Positions 27,839-41,040 of a stretch of 64,000 nucleotides of DNA are shown here, piece after piece; the first letter of the stretch is position 1; each line of letters starts with the position of its first letter. A program made the translations under genes and the position numbers. Source of the DNA: Eledone cirrhosa (Eukaryota). The notes beneath the pieces are model-generated. The model was given only the letters and a program-made list of their open reading frames with translations, was not told the DNA's origin and did no database searches. The DNA is taken from contig OZ024765.1 in assembly GCA_964016885.1 (NCBI GenBank), positions 5,208,001 through 5,272,000 on the forward strand, written 5' to 3'.

Positions 27839-27869
<31 letters not shown>

Positions 27870-27873
27870 ATAC

Positions 27874-27904
<31 letters not shown>

Positions 27905-28421
27905 CATATATATACATATATATATATATGTATATATATATACATATATATACATATATATACATATATATATATATGTATATATATATACATATATATA
28001 CATATATATACATATATATATATTCACACTACCAACACTAGCTAAACACCTCTCAATACCAACAATAAAATGACCAGCTGATGAGGGTACATCCCCGACT
28101 CCCACGGCATTCACTAGCACCACCCTCATCATAAGCCGTCACTCTGTCACCGTGTCACCCTCATCATTACCCCCAATCTCCCTCCAGATGGCGCTAATCT
28201 ACGGAGTAATTTATCAATTTGGTTTTTATAAACTGAAATACCTTCATGCTGCTATATGTTGTTAATTTCCTTCACAATTATAAGGGCAGCAGCCTGTCTG
28301 TCTGTCTGTCTGTCTGTCTGTCTCCCTACCCGTCTGTCTGTATGCCTGTCTGTATTTAGTTCTTTAATTAACTAACTAACTATCAATCCATCTCTCTGTC
28401 ACACACACACACGCGCATAAT

Positions 28422-28694
28422 TTGAAATAGAAGCTTTCGCTGTATTTTGTTCTTTACTAAAGAAAGTTTAGCCCGATAGTGGGGCTTAGAACCCTTTAAA
28501 AATGGAAAAGAGTTAGTATTGACATAGACTGATCTTTTTCCATTTCTTAGTCTATGTCAATACTAACCCTTTTCCATTTTTAAAGGGTTCTAAGCCCCCC
28601 TATCAGGCTAAAATTTCTTTAGTAAAAAAAATACAGCGAAAGTTTCTGTTTCTAATTTCAAACTCGCTCGCTGTTTCAAAACATACTTACTTTT
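28422..28694 (+). mobile_element. Fold-back element, family E
   Basis: Arms 28422-28530 and 28549-28654; homologous to the flanks of 33705-35080. Confidence 0.75.
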
Positions 28695-28707
28695 ATATAT
28701 ATATATA

Positions 28708-28913
28708 ACGAAGGAGTTGTGGTAAGGAACCAGATGGACCATAACGCACCAGAGTACTCAATACTTAGGGTAGTAGAGTGGGTAATAGGAAAACGTATGA
28801 CCCCGACGGCAGAGCTCAAGCCGTTTCGACGGCTATTTCTGGACAGCTATTTGAGTCCAGAAATAGCTGTCGACACGGCTTGAGCTCTGCCGTCGGGGTC
28901 ATACATTTTCCTA
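28708..28913 (-). mobile_element. Fold-back Penelope-like unit, family A copy 1
   Basis: Tail ACGAAGGA..GGTAAGGAACCAG plus palindrome GACGGCAGAGCTCAAGCCGTTTCGAC/GTCGACACGGCTTGAGCTCTGCCGTC; (TA)n flanks. Confidence 0.85.
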
Positions 28914-28969
28914 TATATATATATATACGATATTAAACAAATGGAAACTATATTTATAAAACCATATTT

Positions 28970-29033
28970 ATTTCATTATACATATTTCAGGGATACCATA
29001 TTAGAAATATGGCATGCCTTCTTCAGATAAAAT
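28970..29033 (-). ncRNA. Minimal hammerhead ribozyme
   Basis: ATTTTAT-CTGAAGA-AGGCATGCCATATT TCT AATATGGTATCCCT-GAAA-TATGTA-TA-ATGAAAT; lies in inverted-repeat unit 28927-29300. Confidence 0.82.
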
Positions 29034-29314
29034 ACAATATATAAGCAGTTTTATAAATAAATTTGACGTACCATAAATATTGTTCAACTTCCATTTAAAA
29101 AAGTTGGTTTGGTAGTGAAATGTTTGTAAATATTTAGTGTTAAGCGCAGTTAAAAATGTATAATGAAATAAATATGGTTTTATAAATATAGTTTCCATTT
29201 GTTTAATATCGTATATCTACTCCAAAACTTGTTGAGTGCTTTATATCAGTTATAAAATATTTATTCGTTGTAACCCAACAATTTTAAATAAAACTTTTGC
29301 ATATATATATATAT

Positions 29315-30490
29315 ATTAAATTCAAAGGGATATATGTATATAATTAGACATAGTCACAGTTACATATATGAGTTTGGCTACTCAATGAAGACTTAATAGA
29401 CAAATAATAGGAATTTTGGTTTATATGCATTTTTTCGTCTAACTTCTATCTTATACCTAACTCCGTGTAGTTGATTATTTGTCTAGTCAATTTCTACAGG
29501 CTAAAAGGAAAGACTAGGTAAACTTTATCTTCTGTCGCTCACGGAAGATAGTCTGTATCATTTGTCTATTATTTCTTCATAGTTACCGCCTAGGTTAACT
29601 TTGCCTTTCATCCTTACAGGGTCGATAAAATAAAGTACCAGTAATGCACTGGGTAAATCGTGGCCTTGTGCCAAAAGTAGAAACAATTATTTCTTCATAG
29701 TTACAATTTAAACTTATAGCCTCGTTTAAATGATTATTTATGTGGTTGATTTCTACGGACTAGGGAGAGGAAGGACTTGTGGTTGATTTCTACGGACTAG
29801 GGAGAGGAAGGACTATATATATTTTATCTAATAGTTCTTCAAACTTGCAATTTTATATATAGCTCTGATTAATGATTATTTGCTTAATTAATTCTTCATT
29901 GAGCCACACCGTGAAAGGTAGCCAAACTCATATATGTATCTGTGACTATGTCTAAATATATACATATATCCCTTTGAATTTAATATATACTCCTGTAAGG
30001 TTAAGTAAAACTTTAGGCAGTATCCGGCTGCGCTTTCTAGCAACCAGCCTACTCGCCGACTGGCAACCAATCACAACTTTCTGCCTTGATCTCTAGCCAC
30101 GTGATAGTTCTTAGCCATTTTTGAATTCATTTCTGGCGGGGATCACAGTAGAAAGTTTAGTCCAGACTCGAGGTGTCTCTTGATGAGTTCCAAGCCTCGT
30201 GGATAGATTTGGATCGGGTATATCCGCAGAAAAGGAACGAAACTACCGGTAGTCGAGACTAGAGGAATTTTGGTAAAGTTTATATGCATTTTTTCTTTAA
30301 ACTTATATTTTAAACTACACACCGTGTAGTTGATTATTTGTTTAGTCAATTTCTACGGGCTAAAAGGAATGACTATGTAAATTTGATCTGGCTATCCCTC
30401 GCGGAAAATAGTCTGTATCATTTGTCTATTATTTCTTCATAGTTACATTTTAAACTTATAGCCTCGTTTAAATGATTATTTATGTGGTTG
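29315..30490 (+). mobile_element. Penelope-like pLTR-type composite (inverted arms plus partial tandem duplication)
   Basis: Inverted repeats 29315-29391 and 29892-29988; direct repeats 29410-29750 and 30263-30490; SINE inserted at 29586-29690. Confidence 0.65.
30175..30259 (+). ncRNA. Hammerhead ribozyme with GUC site (C3U variant)
   Basis: GTCTC-TTGATGA-GTTCC..(GTGGATA/TATCCGC)..GGAAC-GAAA-CTACCGGTAG-TC-GAGAC. Confidence 0.85.
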
Positions 30491-30633
30491 TGTATCGAAC
30501 TGTTACGCGCTTTTCGAAGTTGATTATCTCTGTCAACTATGAAAGCTGTGTGCCCGACTCCAGCAACATTCTGCTCATCAAACTTGGTGATCCAACAACA
30601 CGCGCGCGCGCACACGCACACGCACACACACAC

Positions 30634-30723
<90 letters not shown>

Positions 30724-30938
30724 ACACATGTATACGTATATATATATACTTTTTCTTTTCAATGCGATAAGGGTCCGTACCGTAGATAGAACTCAATGTA
30801 ATATATGTGAAGTCTGATAGTATACAGTTCTCTAACTGCTATAGATCAGTCAATATGTCAATATAATCAACCCTCCGAAACGATCGTAAAACAATATGAA
30901 TAGGTAAAATAACTTATTATTATTTTCATTGTTAAATT

Positions 30939-30993
<55 letters not shown>

Positions 30994-31504
30994 AGTAAAT
31001 ATATATATATGTGTGTGTGTGTGTATGAGTAAATATATACGTGTGTGTGTGTGAGTAAATATATACGTGTATGTGTGTGTGTGAGTAAATATATACGTGT
31101 ATGTATGTATGTGTGTGTGTGAGTAAATATAAACGTGTATGTATATGTGTGTGTGTGTGTATGAGTAAATGTATATATATATATATATATATATGTACAT
31201 ACACACATATATATATAATTGTTTACCGATCTGTTTGTTCTTCCACCTGTCGTTCTACATTATACAACCCCCCCCCCCACCCACCCTCCGGACATTATTT
31301 CTCTTCCTACCTTTCTTGGTACTCAACCAAATATCTCAGGTCACATGTCATATGTCACATGTCATGACACCCCCCACACCCGTTCCTCAGAATCACTTCA
31401 TTTGTTTCCACACAGAAACTATTCGACTGCGCAAGACCGACGCGCAAATGGCGGTGGTGGTTGTGATGATGGTGTAGTGGTGGTGGTTGTGGTGATGTTA
31501 CACT

Positions 31505-32230
31505 GGTGGTGGTGTTGAAGAGGTGCTCCGGTGGTAGTGCTGGTGGTTGTGGTGGTGGTGGTGAAGTGGTGGTGGTGGTGAAGAGGTGGTAGTGGTGATG
31601 ATGGTGTAGTGGTGGTGGTGGTGTTGAAGAGGTGCTGGGGTGGTAGTGCTGGTGGTTGTGGTGGTGAAGAGGTGGTAGTGGTGATGATGGTGTAGTGGTG
31701 GTGGTGGTGGTGTTGAAGAGGTGCTCCGGTGGTAGTGCTGGTGGTTGTGGTGGTGAAGAGGTGGTAGTGGTTATGATGGTGTAGTGGTGGTGGTGGTGGT
31801 GTTGAAGAGGTGCTCCGGTGGTAGTGCTGGTGGTTGTGGTGGTGAAGAGGTGGTAGTGGTGATGATGGTGTAGTGGTGGTGGTGGTGGTGTTGAAGAGGT
31901 GCTCCGGTGGTAGTGCTGGTGGTTGTGGTGGTGAAGAGGTGGTAGTGGTGATGATGGTGTAGTGGTGGTGGTGGTGGTGTTGAAGAGGTGCTCCGGTGGT
32001 AGTGCTGGTGGTTGTGGTGGTGAAGAGGTGGTAGTGGTGATGATGGTGTAGTGGTGGTGGTGGTGGTGTTGAAGAGGTGCTCCGGTGGTAGTGCTGGTGG
32101 TTGTGGTGGTGAAGAGGTGGTAGTGGTGATGATGGTGTAGTGGTGGTGGTGGTGGTGTTGAAGAGGTGCTCCGGTGGTAGTGCTGGTGGTTGTGGTGGTG
32201 GTGGTGAAGAGGTGCTGGGGTGGTAGTGTT
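31505..32230. repeat. ~89-bp GT-rich minisatellite
   Basis: Repeated GTTGAAGAGGTGCTCCGGTGGTAGTGCTGG units. Confidence 0.9.
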
Positions 32231-33309
32231 GGTGAAGAGGTGGTGGTTGTGATGATGCTGTATTGGTGGTGGTGCTGCTGGCGATAATGGTGGTGGTTGT
32301 GTTGGTGGTGGTGGTGGTGGTGGTGGAGTAGTAGTGGTAGTGGTGGTGAAGAGGTGGTGGTTGTGATGATGCTGTATTGGTGGTTGTGTTGGTGGTGGTG
32401 GTGGTGGTGGTGGAGTAGTAGTGGTAGTGCTGGTGAAGAGGTGGTGGTTGTGATGATGCTGTATTGGTGGTGGTGGTGCTGCTGGCGATAATGGTGGTGG
32501 TTGTGTTGGTGTTGGTGTTGGTGGTAGTGGTGGTGGTGGTGGAGTAGTAGTGGTAGTGCTGGTGAAGAGGTGGTGGTTGTGATGATGCTGAATTGGTGGT
32601 GGTGGCGGCGGCGATAATGGTGGTGGTGGTGGTGGTGTATAAAGTGATAGTGTGTTTATGGTGGCGGTGGGAATGTAGTCCCCTTCCGTTCCTCGTAAAG
32701 TGTTTTAGTGGTGAGATTGTTAGGCTGACAATGGTGAGTTCGATTCCCTGGTCTGGTGCTATGTCACATCTTCCAGCAAGACACTTGCCTGCCTTAGACT
32801 TGTGGGGTTGTGACGTCACTAGTTTCAAGCTGTATCGGCGTTGACCTTGACCTTCTCTTGGACAACATCATGTATAGTTTATATGGTGAATATATGGTGT
32901 ATATATAGTGTATAGCTGATGGAAATATAGTGTAGATATAATATAATGTATATATGGTGTATATATGATATATATATGGTGTATATATGATATATATATG
33001 GTGTATATATAGTGTATATATGATGTATATATAGTATTATATGGTGTATTTAAGATGTATACATAATGTATATATAGTGTATATATGATATATATGGTGT
33101 GTATGTGTATATATATATATACTTGCCGAATTACTCCTTGCTGCGTTTCACACATTTTTTTTTTGTAAGAAAATAATGATTGATTTTAAATCAGTGATAT
33201 AATTTATAGAGAAAAACTCTGCATTTCAATATTACTCAATGTAAAATGTAATGCAGGAAACATTGGAAAACATTATTTTTTGTAATATATCAAATCAAAA
33301 TTACATTAT

Positions 33310-33497
33310 TGGATTGGCAGTATCGGTAGAGGGTCGGACACTATGCTTTGACACATAGAGTTACGCCCCTTGCCATTACGAGTTCAAATCGCGCCTAAGG
33401 TTAACTTTGCCTTTCATCCTTACGGGGTCGATAAAATAAAGTACCAGTAATGTACTGGGTAATTGCTGGCCTTGTGCCTAAAGTAGAAACAATTATT
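33310..33497 (+). mobile_element. Meta-like SINE
   Basis: Family motifs present. Confidence 0.88.
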
Positions 33498-33774
33498 AAA
33501 TTTTATTCTTATTTTGTTTCTTGTAAATGATTTTTTTCAAAATATCAGTTCAAAACTTTTGTGAAGAGGCATCATATCTGGTCATCTACCTATGGCTTAA
33601 ATTTCATATAAATCGAAAGGAAAACATTTTCAGCGGGGGTTTGTGCCTCTGGGGAACCCTAATAGGGAGTTTAACCCCAATTAGGGTGTCTTAATATTAT
33701 TGAAATTTTTTACTAAAGAAATTTTAGCCTGATAGTGGGGTTTAGAACTCTGGAAGAAATGGAAAAAGATGGTT

Positions 33775-34990
33775 GTTGATATACAAATACTGATCTATTC
33801 CCATTTATTAGAGAGTTCTAGACCCCTGTTGATATACAAATACTGATCTATTCCCATTTATTAGAGAGTTCTAGACCCCTGTTGATATACAAATACTGAT
33901 CTATTCCCATTTATTAGAGAGTTCTAGACCCCTGTTGATATACAAATACTGATCTATTCCCATTTATTAGAGAGTTCTAGACCCCTGTTGATATACAAAT
34001 ACTGATCTATTCCCATTTATTAGAGAGTTCTAGACCCCTGTTGATATACAAATACTGATCTATTCCCATTTATTAGAGAGTTCTAGACCACTGTTGATAT
34101 ACAAATACTGATCTATTACCATTTATTAGAGAGTTCTAGACCCCTGTTGATATACAAATACTGATCTATTCCCATTTATTAGAGAGTTCTAGACCCCTGT
34201 TGATATACAAATACTGATCTATTGCCATTTATTAGAGAGTTCTAGACCCCTGTTGATATACAAATACTGATCTATTCCCATTTATTAGAGAGTTCTAGAC
34301 CCCTGTTGATATACAAATACTGATCTATTGCCATTTATTAGAGAGTTCTAGACCCCTGTTGATATACAAATACTGATCTATTCCCATTTATTAGAGAGTT
34401 CTAGACCCCTGTTGATATACAAATACTGATCTATTCCCATTTATTAGAGAGTTCTAGACCCCTGTTGATATACAAATACTGATCTATTCCCATTTATTAG
34501 AGAGTTCTAGACCCCTGTTGATATACAAATACTGATCTATTCCCATTTATTAGAGAGTTCTAGACCCCTGTTGATATACAAATACTGATCTATTCCCATT
34601 TATTAAAGAGTTCTAGACCCCTGTTGATATACAAATACTGATCTATTGCCATTTATTAGAGAGTTCTAGACCCCTGTTGATATACAAATACTGATCTATT
34701 GCCATTTATTAGAGAGTTCTAGACCCCTGTTGATATACAAATACTGATCTATTCCCATTTATTAAAGAGTTCTAGACCCCTGTTGATATACAAATACTGA
34801 TCTATTCCCATTTATTAGAGAGTTCTAGACCACTGTTGATATACAAATACTGATCTATTCCCATTTATTAGAGAGTTCTAGACCACTGTTGATATACAAA
34901 TACTGATCTATTCCCATTTATTAGAGAGTTCTAGACCACTGTTGATATACAAATACTGATCTATTCCCATTTATTAAAGAGTTCTAGACC
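33775..34990 (+). repeat. 53-bp minisatellite, ~23 copies, inside a family E fold-back element
   Basis: Unit GTTGATATACAAATACTGATCTATTCCCATTTATTAGAGAGTTCTAGACCCCT. Confidence 0.97.
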
Positions 34991-35079
34991 ACACTATCAG
35001 GCTAACATTTCTTTAGTCAAAATACGGTGGAAACTTCTATTTTCTATTTCAAACTCGCTCGCAGTTTCAAAACCTACTT

Positions 35080-35224
35080 GTTATCTAAGTTATCTCAGTT
35101 ATCTAAGTTATCTAAGTTATCTAAGTTATCTAAGTTATCTAAGTTATCTAAGTTATCTAAGTTATCTAAGTTATCTAAGTTATCTAAGTTATCTAAGTTA
35201 TCTAAGTTATCTCAGTTATCTAAG
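35080..35224 (+). repeat. 9-bp tandem (TTATCTAAG)~16
   Basis: Direct inspection. Confidence 0.95.
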
Positions 35225-35273
35225 AATTTTTGCTAAATTATTGGCCTTGTGCCTAAATCAGAAATTATTATTA

Positions 35274-35472
35274 GGCGGTGGATTGGCAGTAATTGGTAGA
35301 GCGTCCTACCTGATGGCACACAGTTACGGCCCTTTACCTTCTCAGTTCAAATCCCGCCGAGGTTAGCTTTCATTCTTACGGGGTTGATAAAATAAAGTAC
35401 CAGTAATGCAATGGGGTAGAATCAACTCACCTCAAATTGTTGACCTTGTGCCTAAATCAGAAACAATTATTA
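35274..35472 (+). mobile_element. Meta-like SINE (older subfamily)
   Basis: GGCGGTGGATTGGCAG..GTTCAAATCCCGCCGAGG.. Confidence 0.85.
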
Positions 35473-35545
35473 GTGTTGTTGTTGTTGCAGTAGTAACTAT
35501 TGTTGTTGTTGTTGCTGCTGCTGCTGTTGTTGTTGTTGCTGCTGC

Positions 35546-35583
<38 letters not shown>

Positions 35584-35797
35584 TTGTTGTTGTTGTTGCT
35601 GTTGTTGTTGTTGTTGTAGTTTGTGTGTTGGTCTCTGATCAGATAAGCTACAGTGGCGACACCTAGGGGTTATCTACATTAGCTCCATCTGAATCTCACA
35701 CTTGAACCTCTCACGACAGATCAACGGACGATTATCTCCCCCTTCCTCCTCCGCTCTCCACCCTGCCACACCACCACCGCCACATACATATACAAAC

Positions 35798-35844
<47 letters not shown>

Positions 35845-36579
35845 TATATATATATACATATATATACACACACATATATATATACATATATATATATACA
35901 CATACACACATATATATATATATATATGAGTATATGTATATATATATATATACATATACTCATACATATATATACACACATGTACTACATACAAACACAC
36001 ACATACATACACACACACATTAGCCTTAGGACTCTTCTGACACGTTTCACAATGGTTTATCGTCATTGTCATCACAACCATCACCACCACCATCACCACC
36101 ATCATCATCACCATCACCACCACCATCACCATCATCATCACCGCCATCATCATCATCATCACCACTATCACCACCACCACCATCACTACACACACACATA
36201 TATCGATATAGCTAGATACAAATATGTTGTTGGACCTTCGTCGGTTCCGATGACGATCATTCCAGTTGTTTGAAGAGCAGAACAGCCTGCAAGTGAAATT
36301 AGCGTGGAAATGCCTGAGCACTCCAAATACCAATGAGAAAGAGATATTATGAAGTCCCTTCAATATCTTGGTTATTTTCAAAATAGTTAGTGTCTTTCAT
36401 TAGAAATATGGTAACGAAAGGATTAAAGTGTTTATATTTATCTAAAGATCCACCATCATAATTTCATGTAAGAACCTTTAAGTTATGTTCCAAATACCAG
36501 TTTGATAATGAGAAAGTTTCTTATATTACTAAAGCTTTCCAGATTCTTGATTATTTTCAAAATTATTTGAAAACCAGAG

Positions 36580-36800
36580 ACAGTGTCTTTCATTAGAAAT
36601 ATGGTAATGAAAGGGTTAATGACATAGGCAGTGTCTTTCATTAGAAATATGGTAATGGAAGGGTTAATGACATAGGCAGTGTCTTTCATTAGAAATATGG
36701 TAATGAAAGGGTTAATGACATAGGCAGAGTCTTTCATTAGAAATATGGTAATGAAAGGGTTAAAGTGTCTTTCATTAGAAATATGGTAATGGAAGGTTAA
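36580..36800 (+). repeat. 48-bp minisatellite within a duplicated element (36390-37050)
   Basis: AGTGTCTTTCATTAGAAATATGGTAATGAAAGGGTTAATGACATAGGC. Confidence 0.88.
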
Positions 36801-37550
36801 AGTGTTTATATTTATCTAAAGACATACCAACATAATTTTATGTGAGGACCTTTGTTAAGTTACTTTCCAAACCTTAGACAGTGTTTCATTAGAAATATGG
36901 TAACAAAGGGATTAAAATATTTGTTTATCTATATACCTTTATATTTATCTAAAAACCTTGTTAAGTTATGTTCCAAGCACCAGCTCAATAACGAGAAAAT
37001 TGGTTATTTTGCTCAATTCTTATCAAGTCATTGATTATTTTCTAAGTATTATGGAATTGTGTTTCATTTATAACTGGAAAAGAAGGGGTTAATAAATTGG
37101 TTGAATTGATAACAGGAAGTGTGATATGGGGTAAAAAGTACCCGGATATTATTGTATAGCACCAGTAATGCTTGGTGTTGCTGGAGGGAGTAATAGTGTC
37201 TCTATGAAGGTGTCGAAACCTTTATGTTCCCCGCCCCCAGTCGGCAGCTGATGAAGGCAATGCCCCACCCCACAGTGCAGGTTGTATGTGTGTGTGTGTG
37301 TGTGTCTGTGTGTTTGTCACCCACTTTAGCCCCCTTAAATACACAGGTTTACTGGTCTGTTGAGGTGGCGTTTTGGAAAAATCTTTAGAACGTTGGATAT
37401 ATTTGGTCAAATTTGCCTTTTAACCTTTTAGGGTTGAAAAGAAAAGAAGTACCAGTCTAATACTGGGCTCAATTCTTCCTCAATATCCACCTTTCCCCCC
37501 TCTTTCTCTCTCTCTCTCCCTCCTTTTCTCTCTCTCTCTCTCCCTCCGTT

Positions 37551-37593
<43 letters not shown>

Positions 37594-37595
37594 CT

Positions 37596-37637
<42 letters not shown>

Positions 37638-37919
37638 CAGAAGAGATCGGTTGTGTTGAGATCTGTGCATGGGACTTCACTAGGTTTAAAGGGCCCAAGT
37701 TAAGCTGTATGACTTTACAGAGTCCCTACAACTTCATCGGGAGTTACGGCTCCATTCATATATATATATAAATACATACACACACATATATATATATATA
37801 TATAAATACATACACACACATATATATATATATAAATACATACACATATATAAATAAATACATACATATATATATATATAAATACATACACACATATATA
37901 TATATATAAATACATACAC

Positions 37920-37950
<31 letters not shown>

Positions 37951-38037
37951 TATATATATATACACATATATATATATATATACACACATATATATATATA
38001 TACACACATATATATATACACATATATATATATATAT

Positions 38038-38078
<41 letters not shown>

Positions 38079-38236
38079 TATATATATATATACACACACA
38101 TATATATATACACACACACATATATATATATATACACACACACATATATATATATATATATATCTATATCTATATATATATACACACACACAAAAATATA
38201 TATACATACATGCATACATATGATATATAAATACAT

Positions 38237-38285
<49 letters not shown>

Positions 38286-39040
38286 TATATATATATATAT
38301 AATCTATACATATACGTACATACATATATAATTCATACATATACATACATATACATACACATATAGACATACATTTTATGGCTGCCCCCTCGTTATCGAG
38401 TATGACCATTGCACGATATACCATTATTAATAATTATTAATTAATTCTATTGTGCAATGCCTGTGCGTGAAGATATTTTTTAAAGTGAGGAAAGACTGTG
38501 CACTGAGCCAATCCCACTCTCTGAGCGACAGTAGCTATAACCTGAAAAGAAGAAAAGATCAACATCATCGGTAACTACTGAGCCACAGATTTTATATTGG
38601 AGTTATCCCAGTTTCCTGAGTTGCCTTCTCCTGGGAGAATACCCTGACAAAGGCTAGGGGTCCTTCACTACCAGTGGTTTAACCGCGCGATCAGGTAGCC
38701 ACCCAACTATTTCTATGTCCCCGCGCATATATATACATATGTACATGTGTATATACATATTTACACACTTTCGGATGGCCGTTGACTCTTATGAGTTCTG
38801 CCCTTTGTCTGGTGTTTTTGGCCCTGCAGCGTGTCCACAATCACCTTCCTCACCAAGTAAACTTGGTGGGGTTGCTGGTTTAGTCGCCGACGACGCGACC
38901 ATGCGACAGGTTGTACTAGGTTACATGTTACAGGTAGCACTCTAGAGTGACTCGACATATATATTAACATACATACATACATACAGACATACAGACATAC
39001 AGACATACACACATACATACATGCTCACATACAGACATAC

Positions 39041-39665
39041 ATGGAGGAGAGATATGGAAAAAGGCCCGATATAAATCTCTCTCCCAGGGACATTGGAAGA
39101 TTCTATTCAATGCTCGAACAAAATAAACAAATGGACCAATTCAAAGAGAAAGTAGTGCATGGGTACCTGAGACGAAAAACACAGACCATAGACGGGATAA
39201 GTCATTCAAAAAGCCTGGCATGGAGTTCCGACAAGTTTATGACATCCCACCTTGAAGGATATCTCTATGCAATACAGGAACAAGAAATCCCTACCAAATA
39301 CCTGCTACACAAAAGAGGAGGGTCATCAGTCGACAATAAATGTAGGCGAATAGAAGTAATTTTAAATTCCATTTTCATCGAAGACTTCGATCAATTAACG
39401 AGATTTAAAACTAATTATCAGCTCTCGTAGCTAAAAGTACACCAGAACGGAAGTGATTAAAATTAACGGCAGTATCATCAATACATGATAAAATGACAAG
39501 TCAGTCGATCATATTGATGGCCTCCCCACAGCCCCGGTGGTCAGAATGGAGAAGGTGTTTTGTAAAACAAAGATCGAAGATGTTAGTCAACTGCGAAAGA
39601 ACGTCATCTCATTACTACCTCCCCACGAGACACGATGTGATAGCTAGAACCATCTGGAATGCGAT
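39041..39665 (+). mobile_element. Dong/R4-clade non-LTR retrotransposon fragment (interrupted)
   Basis: HGYL..SLAW..LEGYLYAIQEQEIPTKYL..DNKCR and C..SSHYYLPTRHDVIARTIW, the zinc-knuckle/RHD region before the restriction-like endonuclease. Confidence 0.75.
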
Positions 39666-40093
39666 GGACAGTCGTCCTGTCCAGTGGGGAGTCTTCTTGT
39701 ACTCTCTGTCCTTTCATAACAGGGAAACTGGGATAAGCCTCGGCTTGATGAGTCTCTGGGCTTGAGACAGACTTCAGACTTGGCTGGTCTGTTGATCGAA
39801 CTTGAATACTCATCGTCGAAACCGATGAAGGTCCGTTCCATATGCAGAAGTTCTTTAATAGAAACACAGTTAAAGTCAGCTATAGCTGCTTGAGAATAAT
39901 GGCTTCGTTGATATGTCCCGGTACATTGTGTAAAGTGGTTGGCGTTGGGAAGGACATCCAGCTGTGGGAACCGTCTGATGAGGGCTCTTCAACCACGTCA
40001 AGGACATGACAATCTCTTTAGTGTTAGGACTACAATAGAATACATACACCCAGTACACTCTGTAAATTTGGTTGGGGTTAAGAAAGGCATCTA

Positions 40094-40134
<41 letters not shown>

Positions 40135-40219
40135 GTGGAACGAAAGAGGAGGGCGATAGAATAAGAGTAAGAGAGAGAGTGTGAAATAGGGAGAAACAGG
40201 AGAGGGGGGGGAAAAGATA

Positions 40220-41040
40220 GAGCAAGGAAGATGAAGAGAGAGAGAGAGCAAGGAAGATGGAGAGAGAGAGGGAGCAAGGAAGATGGAGAGAGAGAAAGAG
40301 AGAGCAAGGAAGATGGAGAGAGGGTGAGAGAGCAAGGAAGATGAAGAGAGAGAGAGAGCAAGGAAGATGGAGAGAGGGAGAGAGCAAGGAAGATGAAGAG
40401 AGAGAGAGAGAGAGAGAGAGAGAGCAAGGAAGATGGAGAGAGCAAGGAAGATGAAGAGAGAGAGAGCAAGGAAGATGGAGACAGAGAGAGAGCAAGGAAG
40501 ATGGAGAGAGGGTGAGAGAGAGCAAGAAAGATGGAGAGAGGGTGAGAGCAAGGAAGATGGAGAGAGAGAGAGAGAGCAAGGAAGATGGAGAGAGGGTGAG
40601 AGAGCAATGGAAACGGAAGAGAGAGAGAAAGAGCAAGGAAGATGGAGAGAGGGAGAGAGAGAGAAAGAGCAAGGAAGATGGAGAGAGAGAGAAAGAGCAA
40701 GGAAGATGGAGAGAGGGTGAGAGAGAGCAAGGAAGATGGAGAGAGGGTGAGAGCAAGGAAGATGAGAGAGAGAGAGACAGAGAGCAAGGAAGATGAAGAG
40801 AGGGTGAGAGAGCAAGGAAGATGAAGAGAGGGTGAGAGCAAGGAAGATGAAGAGAGAGAGAGCAAGGAAGATGGAGAGAGGGTGAGAGAACAATGGAGAG
40901 GGAGAGAAAGAGAAAGAGCAAGGAAGATGGAGAGAGAGAGAGAGCAAGAAAGATGGAGAGAGGGTGAGGGAGCAAGAAAGATGAAGAGAGAGGGTGAGAG
41001 CAAGGAAGATGGAGAGGGTGAGGGAGCAAGGAAGAGGGAG
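40220..41040 (+). repeat. AGCAAGGAAGATG(GA)n composite minisatellite
   Basis: Direct inspection. Confidence 0.92.

Noticed and set aside
28078-28100. Isolated CTGATGA motifs (also 14595 minus, 37248, 39975) and the near-match at 51829
   Set aside because: No correctly placed GAAA/NUH or stems
33775-34990. CRISPR array
   Set aside because: No unique spacers
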